Shown: positions 51,566 to 64,000 of the stretch, in pieces
Layout of the letters: the number at the start of each line of letters is the position of its first letter
How positions within the stretch are numbered: the stretch's first letter is position 1
Origin: Styela clava
Taxonomy: Eukaryota
Assembly (NCBI RefSeq): GCF_964204865.1
Contig: NC_135256.1
Span: 11,656,001 to 11,720,000, forward strand
Length of the DNA: 64,000 nucleotides
Direction of reading: 5' to 3'
Made by a program: the position numbers and the translations under genes
The notes under the pieces: generated by a model
Databases searched by the model: none
Seen by the model: the letters and a program-made list of their open reading frames with translations, nothing else
What the model was told of the DNA's origin: nothing

Positions 51566-51970
51566 CAGTGGCGTAGCATCCACCCCCGCAACCCCCGCGG
51601 GAGGGCCCACGGCGCAAAGGGGCCCAAGCGGTTGGAATTTAGAAATTTAAGCCGCAGAACCAAAAGCTGCATTGCAAAACCAGTAATGCACATCTTATAA
51701 CGTTGATGTTAGTTCGGCTCAAATCATTTTGTTACGTAACAATGCCAGGGAGTCGTCGATTTTCGGCGTTTTGTGGTTTGATCTTGATCGCGCCGGCAAA
51801 ATTACGAAGGCTGTCAGAATGATGTCGAAAGCAAAACCTCTCAGTGGCGCACAGGAACGCAGAAAAAGGGTAGAAGAGGAAAAACGTATGAAACAAATTA
51901 AAGTAACCAAGATAAACGGCAAATTTTAGGTTACCATTGCCTTTTTATAGCGAGTCTTGCTACGCCACTG
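51566..51970 (+). mobile_element. hAT (Tip100-like) deletion derivative
   Basis: TIRs CAGTGGCGTAGCA / TGCTACGCCACTG; 8-bp TSD CCTGTGCT (51558-51565, 51971-51978); retains a transposase-like start MSKAKPLSGAQERRKR. Confidence 0.9.
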
Positions 51971-52740
51971 CCTGTGCTTGATATTTAACAGACATTTTAA
52001 TAAAGCTATTGAGTGAAACATGTTGGTCTGTTAATTTACATGGCTGTTTCAAATGTTTTTAGACATATCTTCATAAATTAGCTCTAGTTATGTTTCCATG
52101 CCAAAACCCCATCTGGTGACAGCAAATCATTCTTTAAATGCGAGTTTCGAGCCGTCTGCAAAAATTAATATTTTAGTTACGATATTTTGAAATAAATTGC
52201 CTCAATAAATGAACCTTGTCTACCATCTAAGCATGTATGTGTTTATATATATATATAAGTATAACAGCCACTTTGACAAAGTATTATTTGAAACAAACAT
52301 GTGAATACCCACAAAACAAATTGGAATTAATAAAATGTAACGGTTCCAGGAAAAATATTAATGCATTCAATGAATGTGGTGTATTTTTCAGTAGCAAAAA
52401 AGTTATTGTTATTGATCAAAAATCAATAATTTAAAAACACTCGACAAAATAATTCAAAATTTTTTGGCACATCTAAAATTATAAATATAGGTATTTAATT
52501 TATGTGAAAAAGTTATTAGTACCAACCTGAAATCAAGCAAAATGGATTATCAAGGCAAACGTAAAACACCTCTTATGTTGTAATATGCAGCTGGTGATAC
52601 AATGACAGAATGACTCTGGGAAAAAATTATCAAGATCAGTAGAACTCCATCATAAAACACTTATTAATTAAAGTTTAAATATGTGTGTTTAATTTATGTT
52701 TTTCATACAGACGTCACAGTTTCAGGATGTCGCTCACCAC

Positions 52741-53422
52741 TAGGGATGGGAATTTAAGGGAAAACACTTTAACCGTTAACCGGGTAACATTAACCGGTTA
52801 ACCGCCGCGTGACGTTTGACGTAATAATTATAATTTCAGCTTGTTACGTCACAACGGTTATAAAGCAATTTCGCGTGTTCTTTTCCCAGAATCGCTCAAA
52901 ATTATTCACGAATCGAGATAGTTTCATTATTCCTCTGCTGCAAAAGATAGGCAGCGTGGTTCGGGCATGTGGAAATGTTTTAGCCCGATCCCATTGTTAA
53001 ACGTCATTTATGTGACAAATTTTGTGTTCGATGTGCAAATTCTACTTCGAGATATATATCATAAAGAAAAACGGCATCAACTGCACACTTGTTGTATGAC
53101 ATTCATTGGATATCCGATTTTGCAATGAAATCGTGAACAATATATTTCGGAATCGACCGAAAACTAATTCTGAATTTATCATTGTAAATTTTCATTATCA
53201 GCAATCTTGGTACTTCCATTATTTTTCACATTACTTGATTCCTTACCCAAGTTAGTAATATTTTTTTGAATTAAACGCCGCAAGAGATAAATTTGCTATG
53301 ACGTAATTATATTTGACGAGATTGTACGGTATGAAGATGATTTGTACCTGAGATGTCAGTTAACGGTTGAAATAAATCATAACCGTTAACCATCTGAAAT
53401 CGGTTAACCATTCTCAACCCTA
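52741..53422. mobile_element. hAT-type MITE; same family as 61063-61697
   Basis: TAGGGATGGGAA / TTCTCAACCCTA ends, GTTAACCG subterminal repeats, 8-bp TSD CTCACCAC (52733-52740, 53423-53430). Confidence 0.9.
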
Positions 53423-53886
53423 CTCACCACATTTGTTTTTTTGCTGAAAGTTTTAGCTGCTCCACCAAAAATTTTCATTGATATGGTGTAGGCTAATTCT
53501 GATTTTTGAGATAAAGATCACCCATCAGTCAATTTATATTCTTGCCTACCGATTAGATCACACAGCATAAATCCTCACACTGCAACTTTTTATGATCCTT
53601 TCTTCCTGAAAATATACATATCTCTTATAAAAATCTACATTCCTTGACAAATCATTACTGTATTGGGTACCTATAAGAACATTTACAACTGTGGCGGGAC
53701 TGGAATTGCCCTTTTTTTTATTGTTTTGTATTTTATTTATATTTAGTGTCTAGTTATTGCATATGCATTGGTGTGTAGAGTCTGAGCCCTAATTCGGCCG
53801 ACAGTTGGTTTCAGTTACTCGACTCCAACCGCCACTGCATATGTGAACTGTGTTGCGGATTCGCAGTGCCATTCTTCTTGCTTCTG

Positions 53887-56658
53887 TATTGTGTTACAAT
53901 GTTTGGAGTATATTAAAATGGAATATCCGGGTTATCTGGAGATCTATACTGACGGTTCAAAATCTGCAACTCGCTGTGGTGCTGCCTTTTTTATACCAGA
54001 TTGTGACGTTTCGAATAAATTCCGCCTCGATCCATTGTCTACTTCCTACTGTACGGAATTATATGCCATATATCGAAGTTTGATATGGATATCACAAAAT
54101 AGGCCTTCAAAAGTATTAATATTGTGCGATTGTCTTTCTGCATTGGAAAGCATACAGAATATTTGGGATGTTAAGCATTTTTTATCGACAAAAATACAAC
54201 TACTTCATTCTATTATTTGTCACACGACTGATATCAAGTTTATGTGGATACCAGCACATATTGGAATTAGCGGTAATGAGGCAGTGGATCGACTGGCGAA
54301 AGACGGAGCAAATGGAACTGTCATCAATGCCTGAATGCTGTTCTCCAACGGTCATTGAAAGAAGCTAAGACATTGTGCAAGCAAACATGTCTTGCAAAAT
54401 GGAATTTAACATACCAAGCTAACGATACTGCAAGCCATTAAAAGAACTTTCGAACTTATATAGCCCAAAAGACTGTCTATTTTAATTTTTCCCGCCAAGA
54501 AGAAATAGTATTTTTTCGGCTTCAAACTGGACATATTAGACTCAACTATCATTTATTTAAAATAGGGCTACTTCCCACAGGGCACTGTAGTCGATATGAC
54601 ACAAATGAAACTGTTTCTCATTTTATTTTATATTGTCCCAAGTATAATACCTTACGATGCGAATTAAGACGTTAAGCAGCAAAAATGAATGTGCCCTGGG
54701 AAATTATTTGTGTTTTCAATGTTCCTGATTTGATTCCATTTATTATTAGCTTTGCTATATCCACCAAACGAGAGTTGTGAACCTATTTTATTGTATCATA
54801 CTGACTGCTCTTTTTGATATTTGACGCAAAAGACCCAGTTGTCAAAGACGCCATTAACCCTTTTACCTTACCTTCTTGCTTCTGCTGTCAATGGGTAAGG
54901 ACCGTATTTTGTCGCTAGCCCAAAAGACTGTCTATTTTAATTTTTCCCGCCAAGAAGAAATAGTATTTTTTCGGCTCCGAACTGGACATATTAGACTCAA
55001 CTATCATTTATTTAAAATAGGGCTACATCCCACAGGGCACTGTAGTCGATATGACACAAATGAAACTGTTTCCCATTTTATTTTATATTGTCCCAAGTAT
55101 AATAACTTACGATGCAAATTAAGACGTGAAGCAGCAAAAATGAATGTGCCCTGGGAAATTATTTGTGTTTTCAATGTTCCTGATTTGATTCCATTTATTA
55201 TTAGCTTTGCTATATCCACCAAACGAGAGTTGTGAACCTATTTTATTGTATCATACTGACTGCTCTTTTTGATATTTGGCGTGGCGTAAATGGAATTTAA
55301 CATACCAAGCTAACGATACTGCAAGACATTATAAGAACTTTCGAACTCATATAGCCCAAAAGACTGTCTATTTTAATTTTTCCCGCCAAGAAGAAATAGT
55401 ATTTTTTCGGCTTCAAACTGGACATATTAGACTCAACTATCATTTATTTAAAATAGGGCTACTTCCCACAGGGCACTGTAGTCGATATGACACAAATGAA
55501 ACTGTTTCTCATTTTATTTTATATTGTCCCAAGTATAATAACTTACGATGCGAATTAAGACGTTAAGCAGCAAAAATGAATGTGCCCTGAGAAATTATTT
55601 GTGTTTTCAATGTTCCTGATTTGATTCCATTTATTATTAGCTTTGCTATATCCACCAAACGAGAGTTGTGAACCTATTTTATTGTATCATACTGACTGCT
55701 CTTTTTGATATTTGACGCAAAAGAGCCAGTTGTCAAAGACTCCATTAACCCTTTTACCTTACCTTCTTGCTTCTGCTGTCAATGGGTAAGGACCGTATTT
55801 TGTCGCTAGCCCAAAAGACTGTCTATTTTAATTTTTCCCGCCAAGAAGAAATAGTATTTTTTCGGCTTCGAACTGGACATATTAGACTCAACTATCATTT
55901 ATTTAAAATAGGGCTACATCCCACAGGGCACTGTAGTCGATATGACACAAATGAAACTGTTTCCCATTTTATTTTATATTGTCCCAAGTATAATAACTTA
56001 CGATGCGAATTAAGACGTGAAGCAGCAAAAATGAATGTGCCCTGGGAAATTATTTGCGTTTTCAATGTTCCTGATTTGATTCCATTTATTATTAGCTTTG
56101 CTATATCCACCAAACGAGAGTTGTGAACCTATTTTATTGTATCATACTGACTGCTCTTTTTGATATTTGGCGTGGCGTAAATGGAATTTAACATACCAAG
56201 CTAACGATACTGCAAGCCATTATAAGAACTTTCGAACTCATGTAGCCCAAAAGACTGTCTATTTTAATTTTTCCCGCCAAGAAGAAATAGTATTTTTTCG
56301 GCTTCAAACTGGACATATTAGACTCAACTATCATTTATTTAAAATAGGGCTACATCCCACAGGGCACTGTTGTCGATATTACACAAATGAAACTGTTTCC
56401 CATTTTATTTTATATTGTCCCAAGTATAATAACTTACGATGCGAATTAAGACGTGAAGCAGCAAAAATGAATGTGCTGGGAAATGGGAAATTATTTGTGT
56501 TTTCAATGTTCCTGATTTGATTCCATTTATTATTAGCTTTGCTATATCCACCAAACGAGAGTTGTGAACCTATTTTATTGTATCATACTGACTGCTCTTT
56601 TTGATATTTGACGCTAAAGACCCAGTTGTCAAAGACGCCATTAACCCCTTTACCTTAC
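53887..56658 (+). mobile_element. 5'-truncated I/Nimb-clade-like LINE (RNase H + C-terminal Cys/His motif) whose 3' end is tandemly amplified five times
   Basis: IYTDGSKS...TELYAI...ILCDCLSAL...FMWIPAHIGISGNEAVDRLAK; RLRTGH...C...ETVSHFILYCPKY repeated five times; 3' tail TTTTACCTTACCTT; 13-bp TSD CTTCTTGCTTCTG at 53874-53886 and 56659-56671. Confidence 0.88.
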
Positions 56659-57134
56659 CTTCTTGCTTCTGCTGTCAATGGGTAAGGACCGTATTTTGTC
56701 GCTTTTATTTTATCTGCTTTAAGCGTGGATTTTACACAATTTTAATAAAGTCTCTTCGTTTGCATCGTGAACTTCGAACCTATTTGTGTGTCATTGCAGC
56801 ACACTGGATCTTCTGAACAAATTATTACAGTATTGCTAGACTGTATTAGTGGCGAGCACCTACCGGTATTCCGGTTAAGTCGTACTGTTGCACAACTTAC
56901 TCTTTTTTATGCTGAACAATCGTAGCACAAAGCGGCTCTCTACGTAGCTTTAAAATGAATTTAAAATCTTACTGTCAATGTGCTTTCGAGTGCTGGACCG
57001 GTCCTAGGGCCTCCTCACTCAATTGATTGCTCCTCTATTTTGTTTTGTAATCTACATTCTATCAGTTCTATAGTCAAATATATCGTGTAATATTCCATGT
57101 GCACAACCAACTTGAATATTTATAAGTCACTCAC

Positions 57135-57560
57135 TCAATCTTGACGCGAGACAGCGCGCACAGAACACAGAAAATTGCAATACGTCGCGCCAACGACTAA
57201 CATACCGTCGCACGATGATTTTCGAATCAATAATCTGTCAGAACCAAGGCGAGCGTGACGGCGAATCCAACATAGGGCGAAAATTTCCGGAGTTACATGG
57301 CGTTGGTCAAATACATATCGCATTTTTATAAGTTTGTACAAATAGTTCTCATCGCTTATAGCAAAATATCTATCACCTCCTAAATTTGAAAACACCCACC
57401 CTAAAATGAAAACTGGGTAGCTAACCAATTGCAAATGCCCCGCAGTACAGAGAAAGTCAACTCGTCCTTCACCTGTTTACGCCTGTACCGTATGATATCG
57501 GTAGTCTGTTGCAGGAAACAGAGCGCGTGTATCTTTCGCTGCGCATTTTCATGAATCGTG
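57135..57560. promoter_or_regulatory. CpG-enriched, probably bidirectional promoter region
   Basis: Locally CpG-rich, directly upstream of the DM9-SOCS ATG. A minus-strand donor GA|GTGAGT at about 57134 suggests a non-coding first exon of a leftward transcript. Confidence 0.45.
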
Positions 57561-58919
57561 ATGGCCAAGCGTTCGCGCCGCAACGTTTTTGGAAATCGGA
57601 CTGCCGCCAATGATGAGATTAAAACTGGTTCTTATCCGCTGGTTACTGGTGATTATCAATGGGTACCAGGACCTGAATCCGATGAGCAATTCCCCGATAA
57701 TATGGTATGCGGTGGAAAGTTGGAAACCGGGCAATTTGCTTACATTGGACGTGCAGACGTTGAAGATCAAACCCCGTCCGGCTTTGTTTTGAAAGAAACG
57801 CGAGAATTACATGTTCCCTATGGTACCTCGGAGCACCGTCTACGTAACTATGATGTTTTGGTTGTCAAGGATCAAAATATTCTGGAATGGCAGGAGTGTG
57901 AAAATGGTCGTCCTCCCTCTACCACGTGTTGTATACCACTAGAAGTGGGTGGAAACTTTCGTGAAAGCATGCAAATTGGTCGAACCTGTACCCCTTTGAT
58001 TGAGGGTCACACATGGAATGAAATGCAGCTAGAAGTATCTCGATGGGTTAACACTGATAATAATGTGCATAGGTGAGCATCACTAGATTGCAGTGTCTCT
58101 GTATAATAATTTTATGTGTAGTGTACACCTGTTATTAAATATTGTTATTGGATCAAACACCAAAATGTGAAGCAATATGTATACCGTAAGTATATTTTGA
58201 TTTTCCCGCAAAAAAATCAATGAACACACAGAAGATTGGGAAAATCGGGGAAACTTGCAAAACCTTTATAAATGTTTAATACGGTTCCATTACATTTGAA
58301 CCCACGTACATTTGAACCCATGACAATTGCACCTGTATGCTATTGCAACTATGGATTTTTTTTTGTTTCACGGATAGTTAAACCCATACTAACCCTAACC
58401 CATGGGTTTTAGCACCCGCATATAGATTGAACCCGTGGATATACGCATGGGTTCAAATGTACATGGGTTCAAATGTACAGTCACCGTTTAATACATGTAA
58501 ATATACATGCGCCAGTTTACTTCCTTACTAAAGAGTTTATTGTACAGTGAATAAACTTTGTATATGGTTGTTAGAATCATTCTTTGTGTTTAAATAACTG
58601 AAAGCTTCATAGGCAACCGCATCTAGTATAACCATTTGGTTAATGGAAAAAATAATCTTCATTCATTACACATTGTTTCAGATTGGGAAAAATTCATCGG
58701 AATCACCAATGTCTATATATACCATATCAAGGACGGGAATACATTTTTAGACGCCACGAAATGCTGATGCTTAAAACTTCACCAGGATCTTTAAAAAGGA
58801 TTTGTCGTTGGTCTATCTTAAAATATTTAGAACACATCAGGTCCAAATCCAGCAAAACAATTGATAGCTTGCCACTACCTAACAAAATTAAGGGATATCT
58901 GAAGCACACAGACAAGTGA
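57561..58919 (+). CDS. DM9-repeat (DUF3421) protein with a C-terminal SOCS box, 2 exons
   Basis: Exons 57561-58072 and 58682-58919 (AG|gt...ag|A). Two DM9 repeats: YQWVP...PDNMVCGG...AYIGRA...GFV...LHVPYGTSEH...YDVLV, and LEW...GRPP...VGG...IGR...LGKIH...LYIPYQGREY...EML. Then a SOCS box PGSLKRICRWSIL...IDSLPLPNKIKGYL. Confidence 0.85.
58283..58485. mobile_element. Foldback MITE with a 9-bp TSD in the DM9-SOCS intron
   Basis: TACATTTGAACCCA / TGGGTTCAAATGTA repeats in inverted orientation; TSD GTTTAATAC (58274-58282, 58486-58494). Confidence 0.85.
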
Positions 58920-59839
58920 CTATACCTACTGACATACAACCACCGTATATATAAAACTTATTTTCTAATATATACCTTTTTGTTGATTTTATTTTAGCGT
59001 GATAGTTTCTTTTGCAAGATGTTGCATTTTTTCTGATTTGACATTGATTTTGACATGAAATATATACAAGTGCAATCTGATGTAAGTCACAGTTAAATTA
59101 TTTATTTGGGTTCCGCTGGTTATAATATTTTACAGATTTTAGGAGCATAATGGTATGTAGTTCTAATTTGTCTCTGCCATTACTGTGTGATAAAATCCAT
59201 TGAAGGGTGACATCAATGTTGCTCAAGCTCACTATTTCTCTCACATCTACAACATTGCATCTAAAGTATATATCAGACCCAGTGTTTGGGTTAGTCTCTC
59301 TTACACTATGAATCTGGACTCATCCCCGGAGGGGGAAATTTTGCTTTGTATTCTCTGTACAATTCTAATATTCTTCAGTCCTTTGTCACTACTATAATAC
59401 CTATTTACGGACACATTATCAACTACTTGAACTGTACAAAAGCGGGAGGGCGATTTGTACATAAGACTAGCTAACACCCATTAAAGATTGAATAAAGCAT
59501 ATATATAGCGAGGCTTTAACGACAAAGGTTTGGAGCCACAGACTCTCATTTCTTGGTAAAACAAGACTAGCAATCAACAGAGGCTTTGGTACTTCAGGAA
59601 ACTCAAGTCTCAAACTCTTCAGATGAATCCTGCGCAAGTATTCATATTGCATCACAATATACAACAATACAGTTTATAAAAAATTTATTTGCAACATGTA
59701 CACTACACGTTATTCCTGCCAAAAGTATGTATATTTATTAACAACAATGATGTTAACAGTAATGTCACATCCAATCTCCTAGAGATGATCAAAACACAGT
59801 GCGTACATATATCCGGGAGTATATATTACAAAATGACTG

Positions 59840-62817
59840 TCAGCGGAAGCCTCTTCCTGGTCCCCACTTGATATCTTGCATTCCTTGAAATTGACTTTTC
59901 AATCTGTTGTTATCTGCCCATTCTGAGTTCAAGTGAGCGTTGTCTTCTGATTCGTCAAGTTTCTGGAAAGAATTGATCCTCATAGTTGGTAGTGTGGCAT
60001 GGCACAGGTTCACAAAAAAAAAGAGAACTGTGTCTGTGTGTATGTAATGCCCTACTGGTTTTAATTAATTTCCAGATACATTGGACTTGTCTAAGGGTGG
60101 ATGGTAAAAAAAGAAACCTGCATGTAATCATTCATTAACACCAGTTAGTTTTTAGTCTCTTAGGTGAGATATCAGCACTATTATCTTCCATATTGAGTAT
60201 GTGTAATTTTGCTACCAGGGTAAGACATCAATAACCACATTGGGTATGTCATGACAGAATTTAAAAAATGCCATATAAAATATATTTACCTTAAGTTCTT
60301 CTTGCCTTCTGTATGCATGTAACATCATTTGTTTCTTTTGTTCTTCTGATACAACTGGCTCCCTTCCAGGTGGGCCAGTACCTTTTTTCTGCAGTTTAGC
60401 CACAATTTTAGTTTTATCATTATTTCCCACATAATCTTGCAGTTTCTTTCCAGGTAATAGTTCTTTACCAGCCCACCAAAGCGTTCCTTTGTCTTCTGGG
60501 ATTACTTGTAACGATGCTTGAGTTCCTAAACGTAAAAAAGACAATTCCTATAGGTTGCAATTTGGCTCATCGTAACAATGTTAACTCACTAGGTTAAATT
60601 GGGAAGCTAATTCTTACAAAATAGGCTATTTAGTTTTAATACTGTCAAGTGTCAATCTAAAATTTATGACTGATGGAACATGTTTTCTGAAGCAAACAAC
60701 AGTTAATCATTGCTCACATTTGGAGAATTTATTTAAAAACAAAATATTATTATACACATACCTGTTTGGGAAGCTGCCTACAAAAAGAGATACAATAGCA
60801 CTTTGATTTCACAACTTACCTGAAAGTTCTTCTTGATTATCTAGCTCCAATTGTATAGGATCATGTGGTGGTAATCCCATTGGATACACAATCATCACTG
60901 CACCACGTAGCTGTCCTAAAGCATCTTTTACTATTTCATTTGTCATCAGTGTGTTTGCTTCAACCAGTTTCTGTCAATTTGAGATAAGATTTGAAGTTTT
61001 CAAGATACAAAAAACCCTCCTGCTGAGATTGGTTCAAGTCGTTTTGTAAATTATGTAAATACGGTTATGGCTGGGAACAGTTAACCGATTTTAGATGGTT
61101 AACAGTTACGATTAATTTTAACTGTTAACTGAAAATTCAGGTACAAATCATCTTCATAATGTACAATTTCTTCAAAAATGATTACGCCATCGCAAATTTA
61201 TCTCCTGTGGCGTTTAATTCAAAAGAATATCACTAACTATATTGGTAAGGACCCAATAAATATGAAACATAATTGAAGTACCAATATCACTGATTGTAAA
61301 AATTTGACAATGATGAATTCACAATCAGTTTTCAGTGGAAATATATCGTTTACAATTTTATTGCAAAATAGTATATTCAACAAGTGCGCGGTGTTTTTCT
61401 TTATGATATCTCAAATTAGCATTGGAAGTCTAAAACTGGAAATTTGTCATATATAATGACATTCAATAACGGATTTGGGTTTTACTAAAATACTTCCATA
61501 TGCCCATTGCATATCTCTTGCAGCTGAGAGATCACGGAACTATCTTCATTTGTGAATAATTTTGTTCAATACCGGGATAAGATCACCCAGAATTGTTCTG
61601 TAACCATTGTGACATAACAAGCTAAAATTATAAATTATTACGTCAAACGTCCTGCTGCGGTTAACCGGTTAATTTTTCCCTGAAATTTCAAGCCCTAGTA
61701 AATAGGAATAGAATGTCTCAAAATCATTTTAAATAAACCAAATTTTGTTTGGCTGTAATCTCTGACAACTTGTTGAAAGATGCTCATTTGGTGAAGTCAA
61801 ATTTATTAATGCATTTAAAAGATTACAATTGTAGTGAAAAATATTCTAAGACAAAGATGCCCCATTTACCTTGCTAATACTTGCTTTTGCGTCTTTCACA
61901 GTCTTAGTCAAAATCTCCGCCATTTTTGTATTCGGTGCTTGACCATTTCTTCTGCCAATATCATCCTTACAAAATACGGCTCCACCACTTGGTATGCACC
62001 TTATGAACAAATATATGACAGGGGATAAAGCTCCACAAACATTTTTCACAAATAATTTCATATCAAATGAAACCATCGCTTCACTTACTTTTCCACCCAT
62101 TCATCCTTCAACTTTAAATCGACTATTTGATCATCCGTCAATCCCTGCATGTTAGGTGGAAGTGTTGTGCCATGTTTTGCAAGAAATTCCATCTCTGAAA
62201 TAAGCGAAAAACATTTTTATATCATTGTATACCCCTGTCAATTGGCAAATAATTGTTGGGTTTTCAATTTTCCTGGTTTCTTTCTCAATTTTTAAATTTC
62301 CAATTGATGATGACGAAATTTGTTGTTTTCCAAACTAACGTATATTTTACAATTTTGATTATTGACTCTATAACACATGCTGGAAGCTAATGATCAATAT
62401 TACTGCTACATCTCAAAAAAATGTAACATAGCAATGCGGATATCTTATTTTAATATGAGTAGTTGGTATAATTTAACAGATTACTAAACTCATAAAATCA
62501 GACATTTGAACCATGTGAAAGTTGCTATAAAAACAAACAACAGTGAGTTTGAATCTGATCATACAACTCATTCTGGCACAATTGAAATACACAGTTTTCG
62601 ATTTTTCAGCAAGAAGTTAACTAATTTCACAGAAATATATTCACTTGATAATATAAAACATATATCATACATCCATACCCTGGCATATTCTATCAATTTT
62701 CAGACGTGCATTGTAAATATATATTAGCTTCGATAACAATTCTTCAATATCCACCGCCACCGCAGTTTCATACAGAAATTGACTTTCATCTCCATGTTTG
62801 ATATGTATGCGAACCAT
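59840..62817 (-). CDS. CFAP298: Cilia- and flagella-associated protein 298 (C21orf59/Kurly), 6 exons
   Basis: Exons 62817-62679, 62194-62089, 61999-61870, 60970-60820, 60525-60290, 59962-59840 give MVRIHIKHGDESQFLYE...HGTTLPPNMQGLTDDQI...PSGG...KDDIGRRNGQAP...LRGAVMIVYPMGLPPHDPI...LWWAGKEL...GPPGREP...AYRRQEELKKL. Confidence 0.95.
61063..61697. mobile_element. hAT-type MITE in a CFAP298 intron (inverted relative to the 52741 copy)
   Basis: Reverse-complement similarity to 52741-53422; ends in GCCCTA; near-perfect TSD GTAAATAC / GTAAATAG. Confidence 0.8.
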
Positions 62818-63530
62818 GATGTGAAAATAATAGTTGAGCTGTGTGTTCTACATTAAAAAATCAAAAAAGAATCAATCTCATCTGCTTGAACTGGATTAAA
62901 TTAAAAGTTTGGTATTACAACAGCAGACCAGTGATTGAGTTTCATTTGATCCAAAAATATGCAAAGTAGGTATTCAAGAAAAACAAATGATATAGCCAAT
63001 TTGAGTTGAAGTCGTGTCAATAATATTCATTATGCCCATATTACATTGAGACTATACCACAAAGACGTACGATTCTAATTGTCTTGTCTATTTATTTATC
63101 TTTATTCATAAAAAACATTGAATGGAACAGAAAGTATTAAAAATATATAGTTTTTAAGGGTAGTTAATACAGTAATACTTTGTAAGTATCTAGTAGTACC
63201 GTACTATTCGAATATGTTCTTTGCGTATAGTCTATTGAAAACTCATTTCAATGAACTAACTATTCGTCCATATTCCTGTATTCAAAGTACTGTGACACTA
63301 ACGGCCGGAATAATAACTATACCCGACCAAAACCCCCGACTAGGTTTATTTTTAACGAATCTGACTGAAGTGAACAGCCCAAATTCTCGCATCACGAATA
63401 ATTTTATTACCAATATATTAATCATAAACATTTAGAACTATATTCCAACATAAATCAAAATTTTAAATACGTCATTGTCATTGCGTTATTTTACAATTTA
63501 TGCACGAGTGCGCAGCATGAATAACACAAC

Positions 63531-63544
63531 GTTGCTATGGCAGC
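63531..63544. promoter_or_regulatory. RFX X-box in the divergent promoter between CFAP298 and the next gene
   Basis: GTTGCTATGGCAGC, two mismatches from the palindromic consensus GTTGCCATGGCAAC. Confidence 0.7.
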
Positions 63545-63639
63545 GTTCACACAGTATGTGGTCGCATTGTGCTTTTCCTATGATTCGATTAATTTCGTGA
63601 TTATGGGGGAAATACAAAACAAATTGTTCGCCTAATTGC

Positions 63640-63996
63640 ATGATGACGCAAGTCGAAACAAGAAACGATGAATTGGCTAAAGTTGAAACAATAAGTGGTG
63701 AGATAGTTCTTACTTATTATTATTATGACGATGCTATATTTTGAGGCCGATAAACATACAATATCATACAGTCATACACACGCGAGTACTGAAATTACTG
63801 CGAGTAGTACAGTATGTACAATACAAAAGATATATTGTGACGGTTTAAAACAGGTTCTGGTTTATTTGACAGACGTGAAGGATGTTCAACCACAGGAAAA
63901 CCGCAAAGGTCATGGACGTTTGTACATTCCTCATGGAAGGGGGGAAGAAGATGTTTATAAACCACATGCTCAGCACATTGATGTGGAATACTCCGA
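63640..63996 (+). CDS. First two exons of a divergent gene, possibly SPATS1-like (runs off the window)
   Basis: Exons 63640-63697 and 63873-63996 join in phase 1: MMTQVETRNDELAKVETISDVKDVQPQENRKGHGRLYIPHGRGEEDVYKPHAQHIDVEYS. The identity is a weak recollection only. Confidence 0.55.
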
Positions 63997-64000
63997 GTAA

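Noticed and set aside
54876-56520. Four similar ~100-120 aa ORFs resembling a small gene family
   Set aside because: They are tandem copies of the LINE ORF2 C-terminus, with non-ATG starts and stops in some copies.
53690-56803. Possible solo LTR (TGTG...CACA, with AATAAA) hosting the LINE
   Set aside because: No matching TSD and no second LTR or gag/pol in the window; cannot be supported without a repeat search.

Overview
AT-rich, intron-rich animal genomic DNA. It is probably an invertebrate chordate such as an ascidian; this is an inference from gene style and content, not proof. All gene models were assembled by hand from GT-AG sites and reading-frame phase, and family assignments come from remembered motifs, not database searches. 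Genes in order: the 3' end of DPY19L1 (+), a 12-exon PINK1 (-), an intronless kinesin-14/KIFC3-like gene (-), CFAP107 (+), NUDT8 (-), a rolling-stone-like membrane protein (+), two duplicated intronless atypical C-type lectins (+), a BTB-BACK-BACK / FG-repeat gene that appears to splice in frame to a RING-less Deltex C-terminal (DTC) domain (-), a DM9-repeat + SOCS-box gene (+), CFAP298 (-) and the start of a divergent gene (+). Many non-autonomous DNA transposons have readable target-site duplications (hAT and GG-ended 8/9-bp-TSD foldbacks). There is also a Helentron-like insertion, two LINE remnants, a SINE and several tandem duplications. The most interesting signal is a head-to-head pair of unusual predicted cullin-RING ligase substrate adaptors. 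One is a CUL3-type BTB-BACK protein whose Kelch propeller is replaced by FG repeats plus a DTC domain with apparently altered catalytic residues. The other is a CUL5-type SOCS-box protein whose recognition module is a DM9 lectin fold.
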